Under the pieces are notes generated by a model. That model saw only the letters and a list, made by a program, of their open reading frames with translations, did not search any database and was not told the DNA's origin. Shown here piece by piece: positions 43,968-45,088 of a stretch of DNA of 45,088 nucleotides. The stretch spans positions 1 through 45,088 of the forward strand of contig JAPLHX010000215.1 of the NCBI GenBank assembly GCA_026389415.1. The letters run 5' to 3'. Both the position numbers and the translations under genes were made by a program. Source of the stretch: Coprothermobacterota bacterium. GTDB lineage: Bacteria; Caldisericota; JANLFM01. Positions within the stretch are counted from its first letter, which is position 1, and each line of letters begins with the position of its first letter.

Positions 43968-45088
43968 ATGACGCCGGAACTGACCCGCCTGCCGCCCTAT
44001 AACTTGGAGGCCGAGCAAGCTGTTCTCGGATCTATGTTGCTGGATCGGGATGCAATCGCTCTGGTGCTGGAAGTTCTTCATCCGGGAGATTTCTACCGAG
44101 AACCCCATGCTCTGATTTTCACCGCCATTATGGAGCTTTTTGAACGAGGGGAGCCGGTAGATATCGTCACAGTTGTCGATGCGTTGAGGGATAAAGGGAA
44201 GCTGGAAATGGTTGGTGGCACCAGCTACATCGCTTCATTGGCGGAAAGCGTTCCTACGTCCACCAGCGCGGTTTATTATTCACGGATCGTAGAAGAGAAA
44301 TCCGTACTGCGGCGTTTGATCGTAGCCGGCACCAAAATCGCTGGGTTGGGATACGAAACGGATACTCCACTAGAAACTTTGGTGGACCAAGCGGAAAAAG
44401 AGATATACGCCATCGCGCAGCGCCGGCTTTCCGGGGAATTCGTCTGGATTCGCGATTTGCTGAAAGATGCTTATGACCGAATTGACCGCATGTACCATCG
44501 CAAGCGATTTCACACCGGCGTCCCGTCTGGATTCGAAGATCTGGATCGCCTAACGACGGGTTTTCAGCCCGCGGATTTGATCATAGTGGCAGCGAGGCCA
44601 TCGATTGGCAAGACATCGCTCTGCTTGAATATCGCTGAAAATGCGGGCCTGAAAGAGAAGGTTCCGGTGGCGATTTTCTCTCTCGAAATGTCCAAAGAGC
44701 AACTGGTCCAGCGCATGATATCATCACTGGCGCGTGTGGATGCACAAGCACTTCGAACTGGTTTCCTGGACGAAAAAGAAGACTTTGAGAAAATTTCCCG
44801 TGCTCTGGCACCACTTTACGAAGCACCGATTTTTGTCGATGACACACCCGGCATCAGTGTAATGGAGATTCGGGTAAAGGCGCGACGCTTGAAAATGGAG
44901 CGCGGCCTTGGTCTGATCATCGTTGATTACCTTCAGTTAATGACAAGCAGAACCCGAGCTGAAAACCGAGTGCAAGAGATCTCCGAAATGACTCGAAGCC
45001 TCAAGGCCCTTGCGCGGGAATTGAGCGTTCCACTGATCGTTGTTTCCCAGCTCTCTCGAGAAGTGGAAAAAACCGAACGAAGACCACA
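43968..45088 (+). CDS. dnaB: Replicative DNA helicase DnaB, partial (runs off window end)
   Basis: Not in the ORF track. Manual translation from ATG 43968: MTPELTRLPPYNLEAEQAVLGSMLLD..., Walker A ARPSIGKTSLCLNIA, IFSLEMSKEQL, IIVDYLQLM and VVSQLSREVE. The frame is open to the last base. Confidence 0.93.
   Translation, partial: MTPELTRLPPYNLEAEQAVLGSMLLDRDAIALVLEVLHPGDFYREPHALIFTAIMELFERGEPVDIVTVVDALRDKGKLEMVGGTSYIASLAESVPTSTSAVYYSRIVEEKSVLRRLIVAGTKIAGLGYETDTPLETLVDQAEKEIYAIAQRRLSGEFVWIRDLLKDAYDRIDRMYHRKRFHTGVPSGFEDLDRLTTGFQPADLIIVAARPSIGKTSLCLNIAENAGLKEKVPVAIFSLEMSKEQLVQRMISSLARVDAQALRTGFLDEKEDFEKISRALAPLYEAPIFVDDTPGISVMEIRVKARRLKMERGLGLIIVDYLQLMTSRTRAENRVQEISEMTRSLKALARELSVPLIVVSQLSREVEKTERRP

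Noticed and set aside
1-45088. Search for tRNA, rRNA, CRISPR, transposase/integrase, toxin-antitoxin or known defence-system genes
   Set aside because: No gap between the called genes is longer than about 130 nt. No ORF shows integrase, transposase, Cas or restriction-enzyme motifs. The MutS-like and P-loop ATPase pair is embedded in a metabolic operon, not in an island-like context.

Overview
Dense, almost entirely co-directional bacterial chromosomal segment. About 48 plus-strand genes follow one minus-strand gene at the left edge. I saw no rRNA, tRNA, CRISPR array or mobile element, and no gap between the called genes exceeds about 130 nt. The gene order resembles conserved Firmicutes/Bacillota housekeeping synteny: argS, pyrG, tal, rho, tdk, prfA, tsaC; then rimP-nusA-ylxR-infB-DUF503-rbfA-truB-ribF-rpsO-pnp; then DUF951-ychF, rpsF-ssb-rpsR, rplI-dnaB. 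This suggests a Firmicutes-like anaerobe, but that is inference only. The accessory content is a lysine-fermentation gene set (kdd, kamA, kamD, kamE, kce, thiolase) placed in two blocks on either side of pyrG and joined to it by overlapping start/stop codons. Inside this set is an uncharacterised P-loop NTPase plus MutS-domain-V-like ATPase pair between kamA and kamDE. I consider this pair the best candidate for an undescribed function, namely an ATP-dependent aminomutase activase or reactivase. A cyclodeaminase-family (FTCD_C-like) gene sits where the pathway ammonia-lyase kal would be expected. Other notable points: ThyX has a ~150-aa C-terminal domain I do not recognise. plsY has a conserved N-terminus with no canonical start codon. 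purB may be leaderless. There are structured leaders or hairpins upstream of rimP, rpsO and rpsF. RibF has a degenerate riboflavin-kinase domain. Several DUF and zinc-ribbon membrane proteins are present. All product calls come from reading motifs in the supplied translations by eye; no database search was run.
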